A model generated the notes under the pieces. It was not told the DNA's origin and made no database searches. It worked only from the letters and a program-made list of their open reading frames with translations. From positions 25,707,354 through 25,771,353 of the forward strand of contig NC_068990.1 of assembly GCF_001194135.2 (NCBI RefSeq): 64,000 bases of DNA, written 5' to 3'. Source of the stretch: Octopus bimaculoides (taxonomy: Eukaryota). Position 1 is the stretch's first letter. The number at the start of each line of letters is the position of its first letter. The position numbers and the translations under genes are program-made. Below, in pieces: positions 38,975 through 51,291 of this stretch.

Positions 38975-39200
38975 CTGTCACTAATGATAATTCTTTCAAT
39001 AAGACTGCTGGCAGTAAGATTTGGTTGGTATGCAGCAAGTGGGCACCTGTCACTGATGAGATGCAGCATGTTGAAATCACATGATTTGGCAGTTCCTCTG
39101 CTTGTAGCAGACAATTCTCATCATAAATACAGGTGTGCTTTTAAGCACCATACATATGAGAGGTCCTCTCAAGGTGAATACCACAGTATTTGGTGTTCTA
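38975..39200 (-). pseudogene. Degraded Tc1/mariner-like transposase C-terminal remnant
   Basis: Frameshifted minus-strand reading WYSP*EDLSYVWCLKAHLY..EELPNHVISTC..SVT resembles WPPRSPDL..VWGYLKA.VY..EELR.RII.AC.SVT (by-eye only). Confidence 0.4.
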
Positions 39201-39272
39201 ACAAAACATCTACATTAAGTTGGATATAGAAATTGCCTTTCAAAAATTATGTGATATCTGACAAGAAAATAC

Positions 39273-39375
39273 CTTTGCTAGTTTTGGTGAAAATGGTGTA
39301 TGCATTTCTAAATGACATATTCCTTTTGGAGCAATGTCAGAGCCATCGAAGAAGGTTGGGCATCGCTTGGTGGTC
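39273..39375 (-). CDS. MTAP: MTAP exon (103 nt; equivalent of human exon 5)
   Basis: ttctttcag acceptor, AAG|gtattt donor; TTKRCPTFFDGSDIAPKGICHLEMHTPFSPKLAK. Confidence 0.93.
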
Positions 39376-39871
39376 CTGAAAGAAGAGAGAAAGATGAAGA
39401 AATCTGTTGGCGTGGCTGAACATCATAGAATATTTGAATCCACCGCTCTACTGATTCTATCTATACACAACCCTTCTCGTTACGACCACTACTACCGCCG
39501 CAGACACCACCACTACAACAACAAAAACAATGATAATTTGTAACAGAGGCAGAGAGCCAGAAATATTTCGGGAGGAGCGTGGTCGATGCTGGATCAGATT
39601 GGAGCCTGGTACAGCCTACTGGCTTGCCGGTCCTTAGTCAAACCGTCCAACCCATGCCAGCATGGAAAGCAGATGTAAAATGATGAGGATGATGAAACAG
39701 TTAAATACATTGACTCCAGTATTTGACTATAACCCTGGAAGTTGACCTCAGCAGGGTTTGAACTCAGAATGTAAAGAGCCAGAATAAATACCGCAAGGCA
39801 TTTGTCTGATGTCCTAAAGGTTCTGCCAATCGACTGTCTTTATAATGAAGTGTTTCTATCACAGACACAAG

Positions 39872-40070
39872 GCAAGGCAGCAAGCTGGCAGAAATACTTA
39901 TCAATATTTCGCCCATCGTTACATTCTGAGTTCAAATTCTTCCAAGGTTGACTTTGCCTTTCATCCTTTCGGGGGGTCAATAAATTAAGTACCAGTTGCG
40001 TACTGGGGTCGATGTAATCGACAAGTCTCCTCCCCAACAATTTCAGGCTTTGTGCGTATAGTAGAAAAGA
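39872..40070 (+). mobile_element. SINE family 2 (ggcagaa..ttagc head; gagttcaaatt B-box-like; tttcatcctttcggggtc..aagtaccagttg core)
   Basis: Shared blocks with copies at ~7088(+), 13120(-), 13840(-), 14425(+), 21408(+), 31170(-), 36880(-), 39700(-). Confidence 0.75.
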
Positions 40071-41437
40071 TTATAGACACAAGGCCAGAAATTTGTTAGA
40101 AGTGTGTGTTTGTGTTGGGGTGTGAGGGTCTAGTTGATTATATCAATCCCAGTACTTGATTGTAACTAAATAAAAACGTGTTTCCAGTTGAAATATGTTT
40201 GAGGCAAATTCGATCCTGTAAGAAAGCCATTCACTGTGCTTTGTCATGGAGAAAATTTCTCGCTGTAGGTGTAAATATAGTAAGTCAGCTCACAGCACCA
40301 CTTATCCAGACTGTGGGATGCATGCATTTCAGAGTAGTTATTCCCTCTTCAGTACCGGAAGAGTAGATGCTGTAAACTGATACAAAAGACAGGGCTGTTA
40401 CCCTGTCTTTTAAGAACCCTCAAAAGGGAAACAATTAAGGTTGATTATGATGGGATTTGAACTTAGAATGCAAAGAGCTGGAAAACGTACAGCTAGGAAT
40501 TTATTCGACACTAAAGAGTCTGCCAATTTACTGCCATTGTAACAGCAACAACATGAATGAGAATAACATGTAGTGGGGGTTAAGAGATTTGAAACCACGT
40601 TAGCTTAGTAATGAGAAATAGGCCACAGCATATCACGTAATTTCAGCCTAATTGTTAGCCAATAGCATTTCAGCTGCAATCAGTCAATCATATGATTTCA
40701 AATGGAAATTCCCATGAGTTTCCTGCCAAAACATGGCTATCAACTGAGATGCATACCACAAGAAGGCAGAAGCAACAGAGGCCCCTGAGAAGATAAGTTT
40801 TGCAGTTGTTACTCGAATCATTTGTCCAAAATGAACACTGAATTTTCCTAGCTAGCATGCAATCATATCTCTAGTGATAAATGCTTATCTAGACACTTCT
40901 GGCATATGGTTTAATCCCAGCAAAAACCTCTTAACATTTTCTATGTAAATAAAAGTTTCCGTTGAAATAGTTGAATAGACATGGTCTTAATATGAGTAAC
41001 AGCACAAGGTAAAAAAAATCAGCTCTACCAATTATTCAATGCCCATTTAATCAAACTCCTACAAACAATTTTAAGTTTATATTTGTTAAACAAAAATGTA
41101 ACCCTATTGTTGGTATATTTCTGTTGAAAAATACACTATCATCTCATTTTAAAAATAATGAAGAATTTATCAATTGGAACAAAAATTAACAAGAAATTTT
41201 GATAATGAATGATTTTAATTTAGATCACTTTAAGACATGAAATTTTTACCATGAAACCACGGGCAGCTTTTGGCAGTTTGGTATCAAAAGGGATCAGCTG
41301 CTGTTTGAAACATAAATTAACCTGAAATTCTACTGGAAACTTTAAAACAGGGAGTTTGATCATGGAATGAAAGGGTCGTTTCAGATGGGTTGGTATTAAA
41401 AGAATTATGGGAAAAGAAATGTTTTTAATTGACTAAC

Positions 41438-41605
41438 CTGTCAATGAACTGGTCCAGAACAACAATGTCCCCAGGTGAAATAGATTCTTGTAATGAACCA
41501 CAGGCTGTCGTGGCCAAGATGTGTGTGCAACCTTCTTCTTTCAAGGCATGGATGTTAGCTCGGTAGTTTACCAAAGTTGGCATGATGGTATGCTTGGCCC
41601 CATGC
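41438..41605 (-). CDS. MTAP: MTAP exon (168 nt; equivalent of human exon 4)
   Basis: ctgttag acceptor, AG|gttagt donor; (R)[55 protein letters not shown](R). Confidence 0.97.
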
Positions 41606-44600
41606 CTAACAGAAAAAAAACAAAAAGAGAGAAAAAGAAAAACAGTCACAGATGGTATCTTTTATCTTTTTTTTTTGTTTCAGTCATTAGACTGTGGCCA
41701 TGCTGAAGCATCGCCTGGAAGAATTTTCAGTTGAATGAATCAACCCCAGTATTTATTCTCTTCAACTGAACTGCTGAGTTACGGGGATGTAAACACACCA
41801 ACACCAGTTGTCAAGCAGTGGTGGGGAAACAACCACCGACACAAAGACACACACATCACCATCATCATTTAATGTCCGTTTCTACACACACACCACCATC
41901 ATCATTTTATGTCTGTCTTCAACACACATGCACCACCATCATCATCATTTAATGTCCGTCTTCTACACACACACACATACATACAAGACTGGCTTCTTTT
42001 AGTTTCTGTCTACCACATTCACCCACAAGGTTTTGGTTGGCCCAAGGCTATAGTAGAAGACATTTGCCCAAGGTGTCATGCAGTGGGACTGAACCTGGAA
42101 CCTTGTAGTTGAGAAGCAAATCTCTGACAACATGACCATGTCTGCACCTACAGAGGTTTTAGAAGTTTAAACAAATTATCTTTTTACTTGTTTGAGAGTA
42201 AAAGTGTAGCCATAGTTAAATTGTAAAGAAATTCATTTTAGAACTGTGAAGCCCTGGTTTAAACCAACATTTCACCTCAGACTTTCACCAAAAGACCTGA
42301 GCCAATCTGATTCTTGGAGTGTAGGCAGAAATATGTCTAGCACTCAGCTTCAAGACCTTTCCTTCTAAACGACTTTTCCACAGGTCCTTGTTAACAATGA
42401 CTAAGCAAAAATGAAAAAAACGGTGCTGTTGTTGACATTCCTCAGTAAACAGAACTCTTGTAATTTCAGCAGCTTTTCAACATGTGATGACCTTTGGTAT
42501 GGAAACACACGACAACGGGAAGAGCATTTGGCCATAGAAAATATGCTTCAACAAGTTTTGTCTAATTTATGCTAACGTGGGGAAAAAATAGCCATAAAAA
42601 CCACAATGCTGATGATGTTTAGAAGTGAGTTGTAATGCTAGAATGATTTATGTTAGAAAATCATTTTCATTTTACATGATACAGGCTGGTATAGGCATCT
42701 GTTTGCCTCATCAATGAACGTGATAGCTTCCTTGAAATTTTTTAAGAAGTTCTCTATGGAAACAGTCTACGCACTACATGCCGTAACCCTTTAGCATTTA
42801 AACAGGCCATATCTGGCCCAAATATTCTACTTGATTTATGTTCAAACTGGCTAAATCCAGCCTCTCATACCTACCCTGCAATGTCATTCTTAAAATAGAC
42901 AATCACAACTTTGAAATCTCAAAGCTATGAGATAATACAGAATTAATTTTATAAAATGTGAATATACAAGTATTATGTTTGACAAAGTAATTTGAATGCT
43001 GACAGGTTAAGATGTCTTCACAACCCCCACCTCCTCCTTACTTCTGCATAACATAAAACACAATTTATGTCAAGGTGAAGCAGATTATCACCGTGTTTCC
43101 AGCCCACATTCAATAGCTTAAAATCCTCCACTCTCTTTAACAGGAACGGGATGGGAAGAAACATACAAGAGAGCTGAATAGCAGAAGGTCTTCAGAGGAG
43201 AAACCCCACTCACTTCAGACAAGTGTTGCAGCCCTTAACTTCTTACACTCTAAAGAGGGTCATTGCTGCATTGAGGTCATGACCCCTGGATGCCCTTCTG
43301 CTGACACTGTTTAGCCACTTGGATATTGGAGACTTGTGCATTTATACTGTTTGGTGATTTCATCTAGTTGGAACTTTTTCCTGCTGACTCAGCTTTTAAA
43401 CTTATAGAAAAAAAAAGTCCTTCATTTTCTTTAACATCAATGGAACAGGAGTGAGAGAGAGAGACATAGACTCTGCAAGCCCCATCACAGATTGCACAGT
43501 TAGGAGCACAGTGACTTTGTATAAGAATTGGAAGAAGAGAGAGGGGAAGAGATTCTTCAGTCTACTCCTGCAGTGATGGACAATCCCTTCTAGCACTGGT
43601 GGCATGATAAACTGTACACAGAACATCACATGCTGTGAGGCTTTCACAACAACAACAAAACTGGCTGAGTTTCTTTGTTGCAGTTTGCGTCAAAAGATGC
43701 AAACTGTGATGAGAGATGAGGGGGGGGGAAGCATCCAATCTCTGTCGACATGGGAAAACGGATGTAAAATGATGAGGAAGCAAAACAGAATTTAGTCACA
43801 AGGTTAGTAAATGACTCAAAGTAAGTCTACATGTGTCACGTGCCAGGTTTAATGGGATTGGCGGTTAGCATCGTCTGGCAGACAATAATTACAGCTCCAC
43901 TGCCATTCCACCAAATTATCTTGACCCAGTTTAGATGCTTCACTGGCCATATCAAGCAACAGCAGTGGTTCCAAAATGTTCTGGTTGAAACCATAATATA
44001 TGTCATCTCACTAAGTAGAGCTACGAACTTTCAGTGGACATTTTATCACAACCACTGCTATCCCACACCTCATGATGTAGAAATGAGGGACTCTGTGATT
44101 CTCAACCCTTTTTTCCTCCTTTGGACCCTGTTCATTCCTATTTTACCCTGATGGACCCTCACAGCCATTTGATGTTTAAAAATCCCATTTTGTTTTCATA
44201 ATTAAATATTATTAGGAAATGTATAAAAAATTGTCAAAATATGCTGTGCATTGCAGAAGTATAACCAAATTATTGCAGACAAATTCTAACAACAAAATCT
44301 TATATGGAGCCCCAAGGGGCATATCTACTGCTCTACAAGGTCACCCGACATGCTAGAAATAGCAGCCAGCCAAATCTCTCTCATAACACACTATCATCTT
44401 AGAAAAGAATATGTTAGAAAATGTGGACTTGGATTCCTAGCATATAGCTAAAAAGAGGGTTAGTCACAGTTGGATTGTCTTTGATTATAAGCTTGGTCAA
44501 TTAAGACTGACCTGGGGCTAAGCAAGAACTTTGAACCAAAGAAGCTGGTCGCGCAATCAGCTAGAAATAGCAGCCAAATCTCCTGCAAATCAAATCCTAC

Positions 44601-44981
44601 TGTCTTAAGAAAAGACAACTTTGAATAACGCACTCCTGAATATTCAAGTCAGAATGGTCATGGCTGGAATGCCTCTGATCATATATCTGGCTTGGGGTTA
44701 AACAACAGCATTTATTGGAACCTCTATGGGCAGCAAGCAACCCCAACCATTTAGGAACCACAGACCAGGACAATTCATGTAAGACAATTTTTCCACAGAG
44801 ACTGAGGAATCACAGATAAGTAAAACACCAATAAAGTGCATAAATATGAAATTTAACCCTTTAGTATTCGGATTATCTTGTCAATTGTAATACTTATTCA
44901 GTCAAACCGTTTTGAATTAATCAGGCATTATCTTGTAGCTTTGAGATTTCAATGGTGTGATTGCATAAATTTAGAATGACG

Positions 44982-45500
44982 TGAAATCGAAATCGAACCA
45001 AATTCGACGACTGGTACCCATGCCAACCTCTCCTTCATTGGACACTAAATTTGGCTTGCGAAGACCTGTTGGGCTAAGTGAAATCGAAATCATGATGGCA
45101 CCTGTACCAGTGGAGCGCTAAGAGCACCGTTCGAGTGTAATCATTGCCAGAGCAGCTGTCTGGCTTCCATGCCAGTGGCACGTAAATAGCACCATTTGAG
45201 CGCGATCGTTACCAGCGTTGCCTTACTGGCACTTGTGCCGGTGGCACGTAAAATACACCATTTTGAGCGTGGCCGTTGCCAGTACCGCCTGACTGACCTT
45301 CGTGCCGGTGGCACATAAAAGCACCCACTACACTTTTGGAGTGGTTGGCGTTAGGAAGGGCATCCAGCTGTAGAAACTCTGCCAGATCAGATTGGAGCCT
45401 AGTGTAGCCATCTGGTTTCACCAGTCCTCAGTCAAATCGTCGTCTAACCCATCCTAGCATGGAAAGCGGACGTTAAACGATGATGATGATGATGATGATG
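44982..45500 (+). mobile_element. RTE LINE 3' UTR copy with internal ~60-70 bp tandem units and (GAT)n tail
   Basis: Repeated gtgcc(g/a)gtggcacgtaaa..cacc units, ttaggaagggcatccagctgtagaaac block, ggacgttaaacgatgatgatg tail. Confidence 0.8.
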
Positions 45501-45689
45501 AGTGTAGGGTAGGTATAAGTTTGAACATGCTTCCTGAAATTCACCAACACTATGCCAGATATTCCCACACCCATCCATACACATGCACACAACATGTATA
45601 TCATGGCTCCTACTCTGTTCATTTTCCTGACTTTTGTACATGTTTTTTGATGAGTTGTGGTGCACCTGAGCATTATACACAATAATTTC

Positions 45690-46110
45690 ATCATCATCAT
45701 CATCATCATCATCGTTTAATGTCCGTTTTCCATGCTGGCATGGGTTGGACGGTTTGACTGGGGGACTGGCAAGCCAGTAGGCTGTGCCAGGCATCAATCT
45801 GATCCGGCAAAGTTTCTACAGCTGGATGCCAGCCACTCCGAGAGTGTAGTGGGTGGTTTTTATGTGCCATCGGCATGGGAGCCAGTCAGGCACACTGCCA
45901 TTGACCATGTTTGGATGGTGCTTTTTACGTGCTACCGGCAGAGGAGCCAGTCAGTGGGGAACTGGCATCGACCACGTTCAGATGGTACTTTTTACATGTC
46001 ACCAGCACGGGGAGCCAGTCAGGCAGCACAGGCATCGACCGACACTTGAATGGTGCTTATTACATACCACCGGCACAAGTGCCAATCAGGTGGTACTGGC
46101 ATCAGCCACT
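45690..46110 (-). mobile_element. RTE LINE 3' UTR copy, opposite orientation
   Basis: (CAT)n-cgtttaatgtccgttttccatgctggcatgggttggacgg...ctggatgcc...ggtgctttttacgtgc. Confidence 0.8.
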
Positions 46111-46419
46111 GTTATTATTCTTTTAATATTTGGGCTGGATATGACTAGTTTAAATGTTAGAGGGTCAACTACTACACATATACGAGGTGTAGTCATGGTT
46201 GTGTGGTAAGCAGTTTGCTTCCCAACCACACAGTTCTGGATTCATAGTCTTGGGCTGACCAATGCCTTGGGAGTGGATTTGGTGGATGTAAACTGAATGC
46301 TTTGTGCTTGGCAAGCAAACTTTTTACCATACATCCACACCTGTGCCTCAGTTCTCATTTGAGCCATCACCATTTTACAACCAGATGTCCTTCCTGATAT
46401 GAATTCTTACTAGTTTTTC

Positions 46420-46777
46420 AGGCATGGATGGGTGCTTAAGAAGACTACTTTGCAACCATGTGGTTTTGGGTTCAGTCCCACTTTGCAGCACACCTTGGGA
46501 AAGTGACTTCTACTATAGTCCTGGGCGTGTCAAAGCCTTGCGAGTTAATTTGGTTGATGGAAGCTGTGTGGAAGCCCACCATATATGCATGCGTGTTAGT
46601 CACCACCCACCCTTTGACAACCAGCATTGGTTTGTTCACATCCCAGTAAATGAGTGGTTCAACAAAAGATACCAAGACTTAAAAATAAGTTCTGGGGTCA
46701 ATTTGTTTGACTAAAACCCTTCAAGGTGGTGCTCCAGCATGGCTATAGTCTAACAGCTAAAACAAGTAAAAGCAAAA
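46420..46777 (+). mobile_element. tRNA-derived SINE, family 1
   Basis: gggttcagtcccactttgcagcacaccttggga... through ggtggtgctccagcatggctatagtc...aaacaagtaaaag. Confidence 0.75.
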
Positions 46778-47459
46778 AGTGGAGGAGTTACATTTTAGAA
46801 GAGAGGATGGGGGGGCGATCAGGTGGAGTGAGGAAGAGATAGAAATAATATGGAGATGAGGGCATCTGGGTGGACCCACAAGGAAGAAGGGGAGTAGAAG
46901 TGGGCGGGGACAAAAGAACGAAAAGTGTGGGTGGATGGAGGGGAGGTGAGTGAAAACTGTAGAGTGGTTAGGGTTGAAGGGTGGATAAGGGATGGGGAGT
47001 GGAGTGACCAGTGATGCATGAGTTGGGAGGAGTCAGCGGACAGTAGGAGATGACTGACAGTGCAGGAAAAAGAAAAGGGCGAAGAGAGATCAACAGAATG
47101 GTTATGTCGATACAGTAGACAGGAGAAGGATGAAGGAGAGAGACAGCATGTGATTGGGTAGGTTGCAGGAGGGGGGAGAGAGGCAGGAAGGGGAGTGAGT
47201 GAGAGAGAGACATATGGTGGCAAAGGAGAGATAACTTGGTGGATGAGTTGAAGTGATCGATACAGAGTGTGGGTAGAGAGAAGAGTATTAATGGCTGAAG
47301 GATGGACAAAGGTTTTAGGTAGTAATAACAAGGAAGAGCTGCAGTTAGAGAGATAGTAGTAGTGGTAGTGGTGGTGGTGGGTGTCTCGAGGAGGAATGAA
47401 ATTGGTCAAAGGGCCCAGTCGTGCAAAGCAGAGCAGAATGTCAACAAATAAAGGCTTAC

Positions 47460-47518
47460 CTGGACAAAATAACACACTGGACATCTTCAACAGTTCCACA
47501 CGTCAGTGTTTGGGACGG
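47460..47518 (-). CDS. MTAP: MTAP exon (59 nt; equivalent of human exon 3)
   Basis: ttttgcag acceptor, AG|gtaagc donor; PSQTLTCGTVEDVQCVILS(R). Confidence 0.9.
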
Positions 47519-48221
47519 CTGCAAAAATACAAGGAGTAAGTCTACTGTGACAGGATGCACGCCTGGGTGGAACTGAATATGTTTTTAAACACAGGTATGA
47601 TTGTGTGGTTAAGAAGTTTGTTTTGTAAGCATGTCGTTTCAGGTTCAGTCCCACTGTATGGAACCTCAGCCAAATGTCTTCTGCTAAAGACTTAAGCAGA
47701 CCAAAACTCTGTTAGTAGATTTTGGTAGACAGAAACCGAAAGAGGACTGTCGTGTATGATCAACCCATGCCAGCATGGAAGATGGACATTAAAAAGCACC
47801 CAGCACACTTTGTTAAGTGGTTGGCATTAGGGTTAGGGCATTCAGCTGTAGAAACCATACCAACACAGACACTGGAGTTCAATACAGTCTTCTGGCTTGT
47901 TGGATCCTGTCAAACAATCCAACCATGCCAGCATGGAAGACAAACATTAAACAATGATCATAAAGACAATGATAATGATGATGATAAGCTTGTTTATTCT
48001 GCAAAAGCACGAACACCCCCAATTCCTTTTACAAACATATCTGAAGATTCATGTAACCATTAGGAAGGGCATCCAGCCATAGAAACCATGTCAAAACAAA
48101 CAATAGGAGCCTGGTATGGCTCTCTGGTTTGCCTGTGCCTTGCCAAACTGTCCACCCAATGCCAGCATGGGAAGCAGATGTTAAGTGATGATGATGATGA
48201 TGATAATTTCTGATATACTGT

Positions 48222-48601
48222 TGGCACTCCGTCGGTTACGATGACGAGGGTTCCAGTTGATCCGATCAACGGAACAGCCTGCTCATGAAATTAACGTGCA
48301 AGTGGCTGAGCACTCCACAGACACGTGTACCCTTAACGTAGTTCTTGGGGAGATTCAGCGTGACACAGAGTGTGACAAAGCTGGCCCTTTGAATAACAGG
48401 CACAACAGAAACAGGAAGTAAGAGTGAGAGAAAGTTGTGGTGAAAGAGTAAAGCAGGGTTCGCCACCATCCCCTACCGGAGCCTCGTGGAACTTTAGGTG
48501 TTTTCGCTCAATAAACACTCACAACGCCCGGTTTGGGAATCGAAACCGCGATCCTACGACCGCGAGTCCGCTGCCCTAACCACTGGGCCATTGTGCCTCC
48601 A
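48222..48601 (-). mobile_element. tRNA-derived SINE, family 3 (full length, young)
   Basis: Minus-strand head TGGAGGCACAATGGCCCAGTGGTTAGGGCAGCGGACTCGCGGTCGTAGGATCGCGGTTTCGATTCCC with A and B boxes; CpG-rich; tail aactggaaccctcgtcatcgtaaccgacggagtgcca. Older partial copy at 49405-49648. Confidence 0.85.
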
Positions 48602-49072
48602 CTGATGATTTCTAATAACCAGTTTGGAAAGAAGTTTTTGTTGTTGGTTTTAGTTTTTCTCAGTGTTCTGCAGCAATACATCAGATCCTCCACCTATCAG
48701 CCAACAGCAGCAGATGTTCCTGTTTTGAGTACCACTTCTCAAGGTGGTCTTTCTTTTGTATTGTAACAGGACAACCGGCTTCCTTTGCCATTGAAATTAA
48801 GTGTGCTTTGAACTGTTATATTATTTGCATCAAGCTTGCTACAGTTTGCATGCGTGTGTGTGTGTGTGTGAATTAGTAAAACATAAGTAGCTCACATGTG
48901 GAGAGCTAAGTTACTTGAACAACAGATATGCACAAAATATAGGATGGAAGTAATTTCAAATAAGAATAGATCCTGGTAGCAACAGAGGAAACCATCTTAA
49001 AAATAAAACTAAGCTATTCATATAAATTCGAATAACTCCATGAAGTTACAAATGAAAGTTTGAATAACTTAC

Positions 49073-49159
49073 CTTCCCAAAAGGTGTAGTCACATCTTTT
49101 TCATACTTATCCTTTAAAAAATCCAACTCTTGTAAGCCACTACCACAGATAATTCCTAT
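49073..49159 (-). CDS. MTAP: Methylthioadenosine phosphorylase exon (87 nt; equivalent of human exon 2)
   Basis: tttgacag acceptor, AAG|gtaagt donor; IGIICGSGLQELDFLKDKYEKDVTTPFGK. Confidence 0.92.
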
Positions 49160-50159
49160 CTGTCAAAGAAAAAAGCAATTTAAATAAATACAAAAATAAC
49201 AATATGCAAGAGTTTTATGATACAGGATTAAATTTCAAGGTTTTATTTTTCTCTAAATTTATTCTTTAGTAAGACCTTATTTTTTTACTTTTGGTATAAA
49301 AATCTATAGAAGGATAGGTTGTATTTCATCTAATGTGACTCCACTCAGAAGGCTGTAATATCATTTGACAGGAACATGGTATAAAGAAATACATGGAACA
49401 AGGTGGTAAGTAGCTGAGCACTGCACAGACATGTGTACCCTTAATATAATTCTTGGGGAGATTCAGCATGACAGGGCTGGCCCTTTAAAATACAGGTACA
49501 ACAGAAATAGGAAGAAACAGTGAGAGAAAGTTGTGGTGAAAGAGTAGAGCAGGGTTTACCACCACCCCCTGCCGGAGGCTCGGGAATTGAAACCCCGATC
49601 CTATGACTGCGAGTCTGCTGCCCTAACCACCGGGCCATTGTGCCTCCACTTTGACAGAGTAACCTTGAATACTATTGTGTACTTTGGTGGATTATTTTAG
49701 ATTTATTAATTTAGAAGTTGGGAAAAGAGTAATGAGGCAGGAAAGGAGTTCTGTTTCATTAATAGCTCATTAGTGATATGTATTACAACTCTAAATTAAC
49801 AAATTTGTCACACATCAGAAAAGCAGGACATCTATTTTATAATATCACAAATGAGATAAATTTGTATATGTGTGTGTGTGTGAGAGAGATTCTTACCAAG
49901 TAGCATCATTCCTTCCTGAGCAGGACACACAGACATACACAATACACACATCAAAATCACAGAAGCAAGAGAAAAACCGGATGTGAAAATGACGATAGTG
50001 ATAACAAAAGAATTTTTAGATTGGGTTTTACCAGGTGTGTGTGAGGGTGTTAAAGTTTAAAAGCCAAAACTTTGAGGCTGCTGTCAATGTTTCTCCTGTA
50101 AAAGTTAATAAACAGTTACCCACTAAAAAAACAAACAAACAAGCAAACATACATGCATA

Positions 50160-50580
50160 CATCATCATCATTGTTTAGCATCCGTTTTCCATGCTGGCAT
50201 GGGTTGGATGGTTCGACTGGGGACTGGCAAGCCAGGAGGCTGCACCAGGCCCCAATCTGATCTGGCAGTGTTTCTACAGCTGGATGCCCTTCCTAACACC
50301 AACCACTCCAAGAGTGTAGTGGGTGCTTTTTATGTGCCACCGGCATAGGGGACAGAGGAGCTGGTATCGACCATGGTCGGATGGTGCTTTTTATGTGCTA
50401 CCAGCACGGAAGCCAGTCAAAGCGGCACTGACATCGGCCACATTTGGATGGTGCTTTTTATGTGCTACCAGCACAGGGCTCACAACTACAGTTTCCATTT
50501 GATTTGATTTTGATATTGTTGATGTTGATGTACTTGACTCAATAGGTTTCCTCAAGCACGGCATGTCACCCTACGATCCA
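50160..50580 (-). mobile_element. RTE LINE 3' UTR copy
   Basis: catcatcattgtttagcatccgttttccatgctggcatgggttgg...ctggatgcccttcctaacaccaaccactcc, plus three internal units. Confidence 0.75.
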
Positions 50581-50791
50581 AAGTACTTTTGGTTATGCAA
50601 CACTGGTATAGGTTACATACATATATATATGTATATATATATATATTTACTTGGAGAATGGAGCAACAAATACAAGAAAAAACATTTACGTTGGACTAGA
50701 TAGCCGTTGTTTTATCATGTGGAGCTTGTGAAATGAGTCAGTGTGGAGGTTTAGGTTATGTAATGAGTCATTTTGTATATTATGTCATAGT

Positions 50792-50843
50792 CACTTACGT
50801 ACGTTTCGATGCAGCCAGTAGTTTGGCCGATCTCTTCAGAGTG
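50792..50843 (-). ncRNA. Minimal type I hammerhead ribozyme in left pLTR arm
   Basis: Minus strand: CACT-CTGAAGA-GATCGGCC aaactact GGCTGCATC-GAAAC gtac GTA-AGTG; 8-bp stem II with one bulge, perfect palindrome ACGTACGT, GUA triplet. Confidence 0.9.
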
Positions 50844-51291
50844 TTGAAGGGTATATTCGAAGTTTTTGGTGTGCGAAATGTAGGAGAAGTAATTATTGGG
50901 TGTAATATATGTGGTGGTGTGATAGTGGTGATAGGTAAATAGAGCCTTACGTTTTAGTTGTTGCGTTGGACTTCTTGTAAGGGGATATAGGGTAGGTGCT
51001 ATTTAAGAACATTGTTCCAGTTTTAGTCAAGCGTATCTCCACGTGATGTTAGTGATTGCCGGATGCGCTGTGTTTTTATAGCACCGGCGGTGTTAGTAGA
51101 GATGCGCTTGACTAAAACTGGAACAATGTTCTTAAATAGCACCCACCCTATATCCCCTTACAAGAAGACCAACGCAACAACTAAAACGGAAGGCTCTATT
51201 TACCTATCACCACTATCACACCACCACATATATTACACCCAATAATTACTTCTACATTTCGCACACCACAAACTTCGAATATACCCTTCAA

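Noticed and set aside
45290-45400. HDV-like or twister ribozyme fold for the GGC-CTTCGT-GCC / GGAAGGGCATCC region
   Set aside because: P1 pairing has mismatches, there is no P1.1 GG or J4/2 C, and no twister L4 CCC-AAGC partner could be placed.
46819-47499. 226-aa minus-strand ORF
   Set aside because: Ser/Leu/Pro-rich low-complexity reading of a purine-rich tract. It overlaps the real MTAP exon 47460-47518 in another frame.
48530-48601. tRNA gene-like sequence (also heads at 4638, 62930)
   Set aside because: These are SINE heads followed by SINE body; no complete cloverleaf or terminator.
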